DNA of 63,372 nt, filler included, from Octopus bimaculoides (lineage: Eukaryota): the NCBI RefSeq assembly GCF_001194135.2. It is 5 parts of 5 records of this genome, joined end to end, with 100 filler letters (N's around TTAATTAATTAA, not from the genome) between each part and the next. Parts side by side here need not be neighbours in the genome. Positions count along the whole stretch, not along the records: positions 38,665 to 62,188 come from NC_068988.1; positions 62,289 to 63,372 come from NW_026413894.1; 3 more parts are not named here. One strand, given 5' to 3'. Positions within the stretch are counted from its first letter, which is position 1. Each line of letters starts with the position of its first letter. Position numbers and translations under genes: made by a program. This document shows, in pieces, positions 50,702 to 62,289 of this stretch. A model generated the notes under the pieces. That model saw nothing but the letters and a program-made list of their open reading frames with translations. It ran no database searches and had not been told where the DNA came from.

Positions 50702-51626
50702 AACAGTTAAATATGGCTGCCGAAGCTGCATCCAGGAAGGCGTGCACTCCACTTTCTCGCTTTAATACATCTTGGATTACAATTGCAGCAAATAAGAAGA
50801 CACTGGTTAGTAGTGTTGTCTCCAATATTATCACAGACATCGTTGTTATAAAGCAGGCGCCGCTAAAACTGTCGCAACTACTCTGGTATTAAGGAACGGA
50901 GGAGGCTGTTCACAACATTTCTGCTTCTTGTGAAGGGCTGCAAATTGATTCCCGGTCGGTCCGCTGTCTTCAATTTGAATTGTTTTCTGATAGAAAGATA
51001 CCTGTGCGTCGGCTGTACCCGAGCCTGAAGCCTGTGGAATAATAATAATAACCGAGGCGGCATCCGCTTCACGCAATTCCTGTATTTGTTGCCTGTATCC
51101 GAAGCATTCAACCAGCAGCGACTACTATAGAGGTGCAATAATTACGGCACGCACTTCACTCTCTCTTCTCTCCCTGCAATCTTTGAATAGGGGTCACACT
51201 AAACTCCCTGGAAAATTGTTTCAAAGGGAAAAACAACACGAAACGAAAAACCAAATTGCATATTTCTTATTATTTGTTTGAATTATTGAAACAATCAAGT
51301 TTATTAAACCTTTATAAACTGTTCGTCACCTTCAGCTACGGAAACATGAATATTCTGTATATCGGGGCCAAATGAAATTATTATTTTTCTCCGTATTTAT
51401 CTTTTTTTCTTTTTGCGGAAAACAGCATAAACGTTGTTAAATTTCATATTTATATCGAAAGCTTTTACAATTAATCTCTGATTAAATAACAGCTGAAATA
51501 CGCACCTACGTTGATAATATATATATATATGCATATATGATGTATTGAGGAGTTATACCCTCCAGAAAATACTCAGCCTTCAGTAATATATATATATATC
51601 TGCAAGTGAATTGGACCCAAATTTAA

Positions 51627-51635
51627 GGGGCGGAG
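51627..51635 (+). promoter_or_regulatory. GC-box (Sp/KLF-like) in putative Kelch proximal promoter
   Basis: GGGGCGGAG in unique CpG-containing sequence about 300 bp upstream of the candidate exon donor at 51941. Confidence 0.3.
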
Positions 51636-51941
51636 TAAATCGTCCACTTTGCTGAAAGGATCGAAAATAACCTGCGGGTGAAAATAAATATACAATAAAA
51701 CCGCCGCTGCTATCACACACACACACACAAATAAGAAAAGCAATAATATTTAAAAGAAGTGGAAACTTTAAAGAAGAGTGGGGGAAAAAATGTGGCTAAT
51801 TTTAATTTGTTGATATTGTTGTTTTGCAAAGACTGAGGTGCGAATCGTTTGTTTTTGGTGTGTGTCGAGCATCGAGTGAATCCTGGAATTGTGGACGTGA
51901 CCTTTTCTGGTGGTTGTTTTCGTTCCTGGCAGAAGATACAG

Positions 51942-52744
51942 GTTAGTAATGTGATTGCAACTTGTTAGTTTGTCGCTACCGAAGCCCTCCCTTATATATA
52001 TTATATGTATTATATATTATATATTTCCGCGTCAATTCCTGTTTTTGTCTCCAGCCATCCTAGAAGCTGTTAATTACGGGTACAATTCGTTCCTTCCTCG
52101 AACGCAAAATCTCAACAATCCCCTCAAGTCACCGTCTTAATCTCTGATTGACTTTTTCTCCCTTTCGAACTCAACTCTCCTTTTTTTTTTATCTGGTTTC
52201 CATAATTGTTTAAAAAAAAGGACATCAAAAGAAAACGACCACCTACTTCATTTCCTTACCAAACATGTACAAACTTTTGACTTCAAATTCAATTTATATT
52301 TTATTTTATCAACTTTAAACTCAGTGAATTTTCATTTTGTGTAACTTCGAAATCAATTTCAACTTGATGGCGATCGACACCTGACAAACTTCCTTTTACC
52401 CGATTCATTTAAAATATGGAAGATATTTCCCTTTTCTAATTTTATTAAATGTAAACTAACAAAAGTTATATTAAAAAAGAAAGAAAGAAAGGAAGATAAA
52501 ACAACTTTTGTAGCCATTTCCGTTTACTGTTTATTTAAAATCCTAAAACAATGAACTGAAAAGGCTGGTTGGAGACCATCCACACGTGTTTTCAGGAAGT
52601 AGCAACTTGTTACCTCCGCTGTATGAAGTTCCAGTCACTGCAAAGTACGTTGCTGCTCTCACAGGCGCACCTTTTTGTTCTTTTAACTATTTCAATGCTG
52701 TGACAATTGTTTTAACAGCTTTGTTGTGATAATTAACTTTCCAG
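51942..52744 (+). other. Probable intron upstream of the Kelch start codon
   Basis: Donor ACAG|GTTAGT at 51941/51942 and acceptor TTAACTTTCCAG| ending at 52744, 9 nt before the ATG. An in-frame TAA at 52730-52732 closes the ORF upstream in unspliced DNA. Intron interior is AT/pyrimidine-rich. Confidence 0.5.
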
Positions 52745-52753
52745 AGACGACTG

Positions 52754-54523
52754 ATGTTCCAACTCATGTCCAAAGCCATGAGTACAATGAATAGCCCAGA
52801 CTTATCTTCAGATCAACAGTACCTGCTTCAAAACCCTAATTATACATTGGATCTTGTTAAAAGACTTGATTCGTTGCGTATTGAAGCGACGTTTACCGAT
52901 GCCATTCTGTGCGTGCAACACGAAGAATTTCCTTGCCACCGAAATGTGCTGGCTGTTAGCAGTCCTTATTTTAAAGCTATGTTTACCAGTGACTTACGAG
53001 AAAGCCGTGAATCTAGGATCTGCATTAGTGAAGTGTCTCCTTGGACTTTAAAACGTGTCATTGAATATGCCTATAGTGGACGGATTGCTATTAACGCAGA
53101 AAATGCCCTTCAGCTCTTAGCAGCAGGCAGCCTGTTTGAATATCCTGACATAGTCAGTGCTTGTTGTGAGTTTCTTCGCCGTCAGCTTGACCACAATAAT
53201 TGTCTGGGTATCGAGCAATATGCTCAGGTTCACTCGTGTCATGATCTGCAGAACGATGCGCATAAGTTTGCACTGGAAAACTTTAGCATGGTTGTCAAGA
53301 GCGATGAATTTTTGGACTTGTCATTAGATCGATTACTGACTTACACGTCTAGTGACCTGATTGATGTCCGCAAAGAAGAGGTGGTTTATGATGCTGTGAT
53401 GCGTTGGGTAAAGTATGACCTTGATGAGAGAAAACAACATCTTACATGCCTTCTACAACAAGTTCGTCTTCCAATTGTGGATCTCGGCTACCTGCAAGAA
53501 ATTGAAAGCGACCCGGTAATTTCTAATCAAAGCGATTGCCTGAATATGGTTCGTGAGGCTCAGGTTCAACACGAGTCTGTTTCGAATCAACAAGGTAAAC
53601 GTCGTCGTAGCATGCAAAACAATAATGTTCACCCGAGACCATCGACTGTTGCCAAAGAGGTTCTGGTGGTTGTTGGGGGATTGAACAGTTATATTACTCA
53701 GTCTGTGGAAATGTATGATGTTCAGAAAGATCGTTGGACTAGTCTTCCTGATATTCCTCAATCTCTTTCTCAGTATAGTGTTGCTATGTTAACAACTGGA
53801 CTCATTGTAACTGGAGGAATACATGATGGTCACATCGTGGACAATGTGTGGCATTTTGATTGCATTAAATTAGAGTGGAAGAGTGTGAAAGCAATGCTGC
53901 AACCTCGTGCACGTCATGCTTCTACTTCCGTAAACAATTGTGTCTATGTGATTGGTGGTGTTGGCTATGGAGAAGAACATGATATAAAAGACTTAAAGCC
54001 TATTGAACGTTATGATGCTATTTCCAATACTTGGGAGGAAGTTGGTCAAAGCCGCTTTCCAAGGACATTGGCTAGAATAGTACCATATGAAGACATTATT
54101 CTAGAGGTTGGTGGCCTGCAAGGTGGCCAGTGTGTGAATACAATAGAAACCTATGTTTGTAATGGTGCTTCACTTAATCCTAGCGGAGAACAATATGTGC
54201 TGCCAAATTCTATACGATATGCTCAGATTTTAGTGCTAGACAACGTATTTTATATTATATGGGAAGACAGCCGCAAAGTGCTCACCCTTGACCCTGAGAA
54301 ACGAACATTCCGTAACTTACCTGATGTCCCACATGTTCATGTTAACAGTGGTGCTAGTATTTTAAGAGGTAAAATTTACATCGCTGGTGGTTTACATGAT
54401 GTAGAGAATTCGGTGCCATCACAGTGTGTGGAATGTTACGATCCTTCGACAAATGAATGGACCGAAGAGACGAGCATGAGCCAGGCGAGGTCGTCACATG
54501 CTTGTCTAACAGTTCACATATGA
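52754..54523 (+). CDS. Kelch-like protein (BTB/POZ + BACK + Kelch beta-propeller), probable Cullin-3 substrate adaptor; most reminiscent of the KLHL24-like group
   Basis: 589-aa uninterrupted ORF. BTB motif FTDAILCV..EEFPCHRNVLAVSSPYFKAMF, BACK region (NCLGIEQYA..HSC, EEVVYDAVMRWVKYD, LLQQVRLP), and Kelch repeats with GG dipeptides and Y/W residues (VVVGG, IVTGG, YVIGG, LEVGG, YIAGG; YDPSTNEW). Orthology cannot be assigned without a search. Confidence 0.97.
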   Translation: MFQLMSKAMSTMNSPDLSSDQQYLLQNPNYTLDLVKRLDSLRIEATFTDAILCVQHEEFPCHRNVLAVSSPYFKAMFTSDLRESRESRICISEVSPWTLKRVIEYAYSGRIAINAENALQLLAAGSLFEYPDIVSACCEFLRRQLDHNNCLGIEQYAQVHSCHDLQNDAHKFALENFSMVVKSDEFLDLSLDRLLTYTSSDLIDVRKEEVVYDAVMRWVKYDLDERKQHLTCLLQQVRLPIVDLGYLQEIESDPVISNQSDCLNMVREAQVQHESVSNQQGKRRRSMQNNNVHPRPSTVAKEVLVVVGGLNSYITQSVEMYDVQKDRWTSLPDIPQSLSQYSVAMLTTGLIVTGGIHDGHIVDNVWHFDCIKLEWKSVKAMLQPRARHASTSVNNCVYVIGGVGYGEEHDIKDLKPIERYDAISNTWEEVGQSRFPRTLARIVPYEDIILEVGGLQGGQCVNTIETYVCNGASLNPSGEQYVLPNSIRYAQILVLDNVFYIIWEDSRKVLTLDPEKRTFRNLPDVPHVHVNSGASILRGKIYIAGGLHDVENSVPSQCVECYDPSTNEWTEETSMSQARSSHACLTVHI

Positions 54524-55190
54524 CTAAGTTGATTCATTCTCGTTTTTACAATCCATATATGACTAGGTCCCTCTTGTTCCTGCTTGACAATCCATTTGTG
54601 ACCAATTCTCCATCCCTGCTTGACAGTCTCAATAGGTCTTGTCCTAGCTTTACAGGTTCCCTGTGACTAGGCTACCACAGGGCTACCACTTCTCCTGTGG
54701 CTGGGTTTATTCTTCTTCGCTTCATACATGTATCTGGGTGTTTCTCCTAGCTTAACAGACTAACCCACATCTAGGTTTTCTTCCACTTCCCCTTCGCTTG
54801 ACAGTCCACATGTTAAACTAGGTCCCTTCATCTAAACATCACAGTTCACTTGTGACGAGGTCGTTTCCTCTGTTGCTGGACACACCACATGTGACTCGGA
54901 CCCTTCATCATTGCTTGACAGTCCACACAACTAATTAGTTCCTTCCATACTTGACAGTCCACACATAACTAATTAGATCCTTCCATATTTGCTTGACAAT
55001 CTGTGTGTGACTTAGATGTGCAGCACACTTTGCTTGCCAATCTACACATGTTGAAATCTCCAAAGAAGCTCAGCCAACGTGCTACATGTGCTTACATGAC
55101 AGTCTCACATGCCAACATGTTACTCCGACCTATAGCATGCACTGACTTCTTGTGATTAGGTCTGCAACATGCCTGCTTTGACTGTGTTCA
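54490..55190 (+). repeat. Degenerate ~36-41 bp tandem repeat in the Kelch 3' flank, overlapping the last codons
   Basis: Recurring unit TGCTTGACAGTCCACATGTGACTAGGTCC-like. TGACA(G/A)-type cores at 54507, 54546, 54585, 54621, about 54800, 54916, 54952, 54994 and 55097. Confidence 0.8.
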
Positions 55191-56252
55191 TGGGACCATA
55201 TCTGTGATATAATTGCAGTGACTGTCTTTGTTGGGGTCAGTCTTTGACATAGTTGCATTTACTGTGTAAATTATCACACATACACACACACATATGCTAA
55301 ACATAATGTTTCTTTATTTATTCTCAATATGCTTATTTTATCAAATATTTTTTTGTTGTGCTCTGTTATATTCTTATAATTTATTTAATTTCAGTAACTT
55401 GTTTGATTTCTGATTTTTATCTCCAGTGTATATATATATATATATATATATATATNNNNNNNNNNNNNNNNNNNNNNNNNNNNNNNNNNNNNNNNNNNNN
55501 NNNNNNNNNNNNNNNNNNNNNNNNNNNNNNNNNNNNNNNNNNNNNNNNNNNNNNNNNNNNNNNNNNNNNNNNNNNNNNNNNNNNNNNNNNNNNNNNNNNN
55601 NNNNNNNNNNNNNNNNNNNNNNNNNNNNNNNNNNNNNNNNNNNNNNNNNNNNNNNNNNNNNNNNNNNNNNNNNNNNNNNNNNNNNNNNNNNNNNNNNNNN
55701 NNNNNNNNNNNNNNNNNNNNNNNNNNNNNNNNNNNNNNNNNNNNNNNNNNNNNNNNNNNNNNNNNNNNNNNNNNNNNNNNNNNNNNNNNNNNNNNNNNNN
55801 NNNNNNNNNNNNNNNNNNNNNNNNNNNNNNNNNNNNNNNNNNNNNNNNNNNNNNNNNNNNNNNNNNNNNNNNNNNNNNNNNNNNNNNNNNNNNNNNNNNN
55901 NNNNNNNNNNNNNNNNNNNNNNNNNNNNNNNCTGTGGTCGTACAAAATATAAATTGTATTAAATTTTACACTAAAAATCAAAAAGTGAAATTTGATTTGA
56001 ATAACAATTTTTTTTAATGTAACAATTTTTGAACTCACAGCGAATAAAGTTGGATGTTTTTTTTTTAAAAGGACAACACGTTGAATATTTAAGTGTTTTT
56101 TGTTGATATTTCAGTTTTTAAAGTTTATCTTCTTAAGTAAAAAGTGATTAACACATTCTGCAAGAAATTTTGGTTAGCTGCCAAAGATAGGGCCTATTTT
56201 TAGAGCTAATCGACCTCTGGAATTTGAGGAGTTGTCCTGGTTTTGTCTAACA

Positions 56253-56488
56253 CTGTGGTTCTCACCTGGGGTCCATATTGCCATTGGAGGTCCATAGAAC
56301 TGTTAAGATTTTCGTTCCTTATGCTTCTTCAATGCACAAAATATTTAAATACTTTTTTTATACAATTCCAAATAATCCTTAATTATAAAAACAACAGAAT
56401 TTTTTAAATATCAAATCACTATGAGGATCCAGTGGAGTAAAATAGGAATTGGAGGGGCCCACAGGTAAAAAATGGTTGAGAACCACTG
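56253..56488. mobile_element. hAT-superfamily MITE with perfect 8-bp TSD
   Basis: TIRs CTGTGGTTCTCACC / GGTTGAGAACCACTG; GTCTAACA duplicated at 56245-56252 and 56489-56496. Confidence 0.92.
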
Positions 56489-57274
56489 GTCTAACATCAC
56501 CAATATGTATAATCTATGGACATGAAAAAAAAAAAAAAGTTTTTAACAACACTTTTGTGCTTGGAAATAACACAGACCCTTCATTACCATATTTTGTTTC
56601 AATTGAAACCTTCCATGAAAAGTTTGTGGTACTTGGTTCCAAACACTTGCTGAATAATAACAAAGTTATTTTCTTAGATTCTTCTTTATTTTAAAAACTA
56701 AGTGAAGGAAAGACTGTATTTCAACAGAAATATGGTAACAGAAGAGTTAAGTTGGCATTTGGAATGTGAACTTGAAACTTTCATGAAAGGTCTTTAAATA
56801 ACTTTAAATTAAGGAAGTTTGTATCATAGAACCAAAGTCTCAGATAGGTTGGTATCAAAAGGATTAACGGGATGACATTCCGTACAAATGTTAATTTTCA
56901 CAAGCTACAATAAAATTTTTGTAGAGACCATTTTTTTTCCAGAGAGCCTGGACTGCATTGAAACAAGATTCTTCAATTCACCATAGCTTCTAATTTTTGA
57001 TCATTGTCATTGTTTTACTAATTTCATTAAGGGACATTTTCCATCACCAGATACCCTCCCTGTTGCTAAACCATCATCTGTTTCAAAGAAAGGTAATATT
57101 TTCCCATGGCTGGACATGTTTTTATGGGAGATTGGAAATGAAGTACACCTCTTATACAATGGTGATGCTTGTTTACAAGTATCATGTCATCACAAGACAA
57201 GGGAACAACAGACGTGTGTGGCTATTTATATATATATATATGGTCTTTGTCAGTCACGAGTGGACGGACATCAT

Positions 57275-57316
<42 letters not shown>

Positions 57317-57379
57317 ATATCAGTGTGTGTGCCTACAAGCTTTGGTAGGTGCCATTTATTGGCATTGATCTAAGCCCCC

Positions 57380-57570
57380 CCCATGGCTGAGAAGCAAGCT
57401 TTGTAACCACAAAGCCACAGTTGTACTTTTATATTTACATACACACAAATAGGATTCTTTCAGTTTCCATATTGTAGATCCATTCACAAGGCTTTGATTA
57501 GCCTGGGGGTATAGTATAATCAAAGACACTTGCCCAAGGTGACGCACAGTGAGACTGAACCCAAAGCCAT
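57380..57570 (-). mobile_element. SINE family A fragment
   Basis: TTTCAGTTTCC..ATCCATTCACAAGGCTTTG..AAGACACTTGCCCAAGGTGACGCACAGTG. Confidence 0.75.
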
Positions 57571-58319
57571 GAGGTTCAGATGTAGTGCAAATTTCCTTCA
57601 ACACAACTCCTTCACTCATTATCTCTTCTCTCACCATTGCCCTCTTCGACTCCACCTGTTTTTTGGGGGTTTTTTCGGTGCTTTTAGTGGCATTATTTAC
57701 TCCGTTTGCAAAAATACTGGCCAGATCTCTAGTTTCTGACATTAACTTCTTCCATTCCTCTCACCATTTCCAAAGACCCTGAAAATGATCAATAAACACT
57801 CACCTTCCTTTTTTTTCTCACTAAACAATAGAAAATATTCAAGATTATATTCTTCCGACCATATTGCCAGCTTTATGGTAGGAATGGTTCTCACTCAGCA
57901 GCATTCCACAACCTGCAGCATGCCTTCATCACTGCTGCTGCTGGGGCTTGCTGCATCCAAGGAATTGTCCCATTCACTTCAACTCCTTTTATTTCACTTT
58001 CTTCCACCATGGCCCCTCAGGTGACTGTAGTCATCCAGATTTCTTTGAAACCTTTCATATTCTTTACCTTGGAACATTGGGAGATTTTCACCTGTGGTGG
58101 CCATCCCTGGTACTCCCTCTTTTTTCTGTTCCACTCAAAGAATTTGCAGCCAAGACGGCGGACCTATCTCTGTTGTTCTTTATTCTCCGTGAGAGTCTTC
58201 GACTCCTTTGGTTCGATGCCCCAGAGTGTGTGGTTCCACTTCAGAATCTTTCTGAATCTCAGTTGCCGTCTTACTTGGTGGTGTTTTCTTCATAACAAAA
58301 AGGAAAGCATCATTCCGCT

Positions 58320-58562
58320 GTTGCTAGGTTAGGATGTAAACAAACCAACACTGGTAATCAAGTGGTAGTGGGGGATAAACACAGCAGATACGAAGACACA
58401 CACACACACTCATATATACGGAGGGCTTCTTTCAGTTTCCTTTTACCAAATCCACTCAACACTTTAGTCGGTCCGAGGCTATAATAGAAAACACTTGCCC
58501 AAGGTGCCACGCAGTGGGACTGAACCTGGAACCATGCGGTTGGGAAGCAAATTCTTACCACT
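58320..58562 (-). mobile_element. SINE family A
   Basis: GGGCTTCTTTCAGTTTCC..AACACTTGCCCAAGGTGCCACGCAGTGGGACTGAACCTGGAACCATGCGGTTGGGAAGCAAA. Confidence 0.85.
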
Positions 58563-59914
58563 TATGATGTGTGTGTGTGTGTAATACACATGAATTTGTG
58601 GCAATTCAGGACTGAAAAGACGTTAGAGCTGAAGGTGTGAAATGGAGATATCACTGAGTTACCTCCCTTACTCTCATCCTCGATCGAATGAATTGTCTTT
58701 TAAATGTGTCATAAATTGGTTTCGTGGTAACAGTTTATTGAACATTAGATCATCGATTATTTTATATTTATTTACTTTGGTAACTACTCCGTATGAGTGC
58801 TGATATGTCTGTCTCCTCAATCATGTTAATGATAGAAATCTAGAAGGAAACAGCTCTCAATTAACTTTAGTGTTACGATAGAATTACGACAAGGAAACAA
58901 ACACTTCGATATTGTTTCTGAGTCATTTAGACAAAATGTCAACATAATCAGATGAGATTATGCCGTTAATCCCCGCTAATCGCTTACTAAGTCTATTTAG
59001 TCTTTATTTAACACCTATTTCGTCACCTCCATATATAAAAAATATGTCTCATATTAATTTCCTCGTTTTTAAATCCCAGATCGGTCCTGATCGAATAAAC
59101 AAAACTATGACTAAACGTATTCCCGCCGTGGCCATCACACCTTTTTTGCATATCAGGAAGTACATTGCCCTCCGTGTGTGTGTGTTTGAGGGAAATTTGA
59201 TCTGCTTGTTTTAGCAGGTCAAGCGACCCTCATTGCTTTCTCTTTCTGTGTATGCTGTTGTTTACTAAGTCAACCTTTAATTGGCCAGACCGATGATGAA
59301 AGGCATTCCAGCCGTACCCATCTCGATTTTTCCCTTTGTGTAGAAAGCTCTGAACCGCATTATGCAAGGTGTCTTCTTTTAAGACTGCAAGGGCGTGGCT
59401 TGTAGCATATTTGACTGCTATTTCTAGCACGTCGTGTGACCTTTTAGATCAGTCATGTGCAAGCCGCGCCCTGTGAGACTTTCTGAAAAGCATTCTCGAG
59501 AAAGGTCGTTCGTGTCTTATCCTGAGGCTCCTTTGTTTTCTCGTGTGTCTCTTATACATACCAGGGTGGCGGCGGTGGTTTTTATAACGCCTGTGTTGAC
59601 TCACCTTGCTACTAATGACTTGTTCAACTTGTTGCAAAAATGATTTGACTTACTAAAGAATAGCAGCCAGATACTCCTCAAAACCACACTGCTGTCATCA
59701 GAACAGAAACGATATTGGTCCTCCATATTAAAAAAAAAAAAAAATGTTCAGTTGGATAGTCTTTAATGAAAGGTTTGCCCAATTAGGATTAAATTACAAC
59801 TCGTTGATTCCTCTGACTAATAAGAAAATCAAGACATAGGTTTTCAAACTCCTAGAAATAACAGCCAAATTTCTCTCAACTTCCTTCCCATTAACTCTTT
59901 GCTTGTCCAAAGCA

Positions 59915-60120
59915 TTTTCATATGGCACCCATGCTGGTGGCACATAAAAGCACCCATTACACTCTTGGAGTGGTTGGCATTAAGAAGGCCATCCAGCTGT
60001 AGAAAACCATGTCAAATCAGACTGGAGTCTGGTGCAGCCCTCCAGCTGGCCAGCCCTGGTCAAACCGTCCAACCCATACCAGCATGGACAACAGACGTTA
60101 AATGATGATGATGATGATGT
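59915..60120 (+). mobile_element. RTE-type 3' tail ending in (GAT)n
   Basis: ..GGAGTGGTTGGCATTAAGAAGGCCATCCAGCTGTAGAAAACC..CAGACGTTAAATGATGATGATGATGATG; an inverted copy lies at about 60585-60775. Confidence 0.7.
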
Positions 60121-60584
60121 CCCAAACGATCATTCTTGTTTCAGACCTTTAGTTTGACCTTGTTTAATAAGTTAAGAGTAATATCAATGTTTCCATTCAT
60201 AATTCCCAAGTTATTCTGGTGGTTGAAATAAAAATTGGGAATGAGTATCAGATATGATGCTTGGATGCCATTGGATTATATATGCTCCCTAGATCACATG
60301 GGATAAAGAGGACAAAGTTAAAATTAACGGAGATACATTGTTTCTGTGAACTTACAATTATTTCTTGCCATGTCTGTACCTGCCCTTTTTTTTTTACCTA
60401 CAGTGGCATAGGTAAAGAGGGAGTGCTGCCAGGGACTGCGTTTGAGTTTGCACACCCTCTTTGGGCCAATGCAGCCCTTACAGGTTAATACAGTAGACCC
60501 AAAAGTGCTTCCCGACCCTAAAAGTATTGCCTAGGGTAGACTGTCCCACTCCTTGCTCCACCTCCCCCAGCTATACTATTCATC

Positions 60585-60775
60585 ATCATCATTTAATGAC
60601 TGTTTACCATGCTGGCATGAGTCGGACAGTTTGACTGGGGACTGGCAAGACTGGAGAGCTGCACCGGGTTCCAATTGTCTGCATTGGCATTGTTTCTGTG
60701 CCCTTCCTAATGCTGATTACTTTACAGAGTGTGGACTGGGTGCTTTATATGTGACACCAGCATGGGAGTTTTGAC
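60585..60775 (-). mobile_element. RTE-type 3' tail fragment
   Basis: CATCATCATCATTTAATGACTG..CCATGCTGGCATG..CCCTTCCTAATGC. Confidence 0.65.
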
Positions 60776-60921
60776 ATGGTGCCAGCAAAGGCTCTACTGT
60801 TTATCTAATTTAATAATTTTAGAATAGAATTTGGGCAGCTTTGGCCTTCTGGCCAAATATTTCCTTTAGACTTTATTGATTATGTGAGGTTGTATACAAA
60901 AATAGCAGAAATGCTAGAAAA

Positions 60922-60955
<34 letters not shown>

Positions 60956-61153
60956 GTATCTCCCTTTCTCTTATCAGTTTCAAGCCCCACGTGGTACTAA
61001 TGACCTTTCTTCTGATTAGCTCTTTTGTTTGTTGAAGCCATAATAGACAAGGCCATGCTGGAGCAGTGCCTTCATAAGCCATAAAATAACCCCCAGTGAT
61101 TTCAAGCAATTTAGAAAGATGTAAATGTGTCAAACACTCTCCTCCATGCATGA

Positions 61154-61185
<32 letters not shown>

Positions 61186-61189
61186 GATG

Positions 61190-61310
61190 GGTTCCTTTTA
61201 GTTTATACCTCTCAAATCTGGGTCCAGGGTTTAGCAGAAGAGACTTGCTCAAGGTGCCATGCAGTGGGACTGAACCTGGAACCATGTGGTTGGAAAGCAA
61301 ACTTCTTAAT
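61190..61310 (-). mobile_element. SINE family A head fragment
   Basis: GACTTGCTCAAGGTGCCATGCAGTGGGACTGAACCTGGAACCATGTGGTTGG. Confidence 0.7.
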
Positions 61311-62141
61311 CACTTAACTAAGCTATGACATACATACATACACACATACATTCGTACAAGCATACATACATACATATATACAAACATACATACATACATA
61401 CATGTATATGTTCATACACATACATATGTTCACACTCAAATACAGAAAGCCATACACACACACACACACATATATATATGTGTGTGTGTGTGTACATATC
61501 CGTATACATGCACATATATATGTGTGTGTGCATACATAGACATATGTGTATACATACATACACACACACACACATACATACATAGGTATATTTACCTTGT
61601 AGAGCTGTCACACAAGTTAGCTGTAATTACCATTATTAGTGATAAAATGGAGAGTAAATAGCCGACTGTTCAAGAGCTGCTTTTATCCTCTCTTAGACAT
61701 TAAGACCTGTCAAATGTAGTTACCACAGCCACTGTTTACAACTGCCCACACGTATTAAAGATTCGGCTTCAATTACATTACCGAAATTCTTGCAATCAAT
61801 CACCAATAAGAATATGATGTCTGAAGAGAAATTTCAAAGTAATAGTGCCATGTCTGTTAAACTCTGTGTGTGTGTTGTTTGGAGACATTGTGCTGTTTCT
61901 AACAAGACTTGTTGACTCTGCAGACACGGCGATGGCTTCTCTTCCAGGTAATTCACCCCAGTTCTTTGGCTGTTCTCTGTAAGGATTCTGCAACTGTCAG
62001 GAACCATTTTAATCAAGATTTAATGAGGTGGACACTAACGACTGTATTTCTACTGTCCTCCTAAATTTATAAATTGATTATATATTGCAATGTACCACAT
62101 TTCACCACTCTAGCTAACCCCCACACACATACATGCATCTA

Positions 62142-62188
<47 letters not shown>

Positions 62189-62289
62189 NNNNNNNNNNNN
62201 NNNNNNNNNNNNNNNNNNNNNNNNNNNNNNNNTTAATTAATTAANNNNNNNNNNNNNNNNNNNNNNNNNNNNNNNNNNNNNNNNNNNNA

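Noticed and set aside
53453-53761. 102-aa antisense ORF within the Kelch CDS
   Set aside because: Shadow ORF opposite a real coding sequence, with no independent evidence.
54521-54532. Possible programmed stop-codon readthrough (UGA CUA context; Drosophila kelch is a known readthrough gene)
   Set aside because: The next in-frame stop follows two codons later (TGA CTA AGT TGA), so there is no ORF2-like extension; at most three residues would be added.
54490-55190. CRISPR-like appearance of the ~36-bp periodic repeat
   Set aside because: Units are degenerate and contiguous without unique spacers, there are no cas genes, and the context is eukaryotic.
5010-56038. Many long ORFs consisting mostly of X, or of CV/HT/YI/RE/N repeats
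   Set aside because: Artefacts of assembly gaps and di- or trinucleotide microsatellites.
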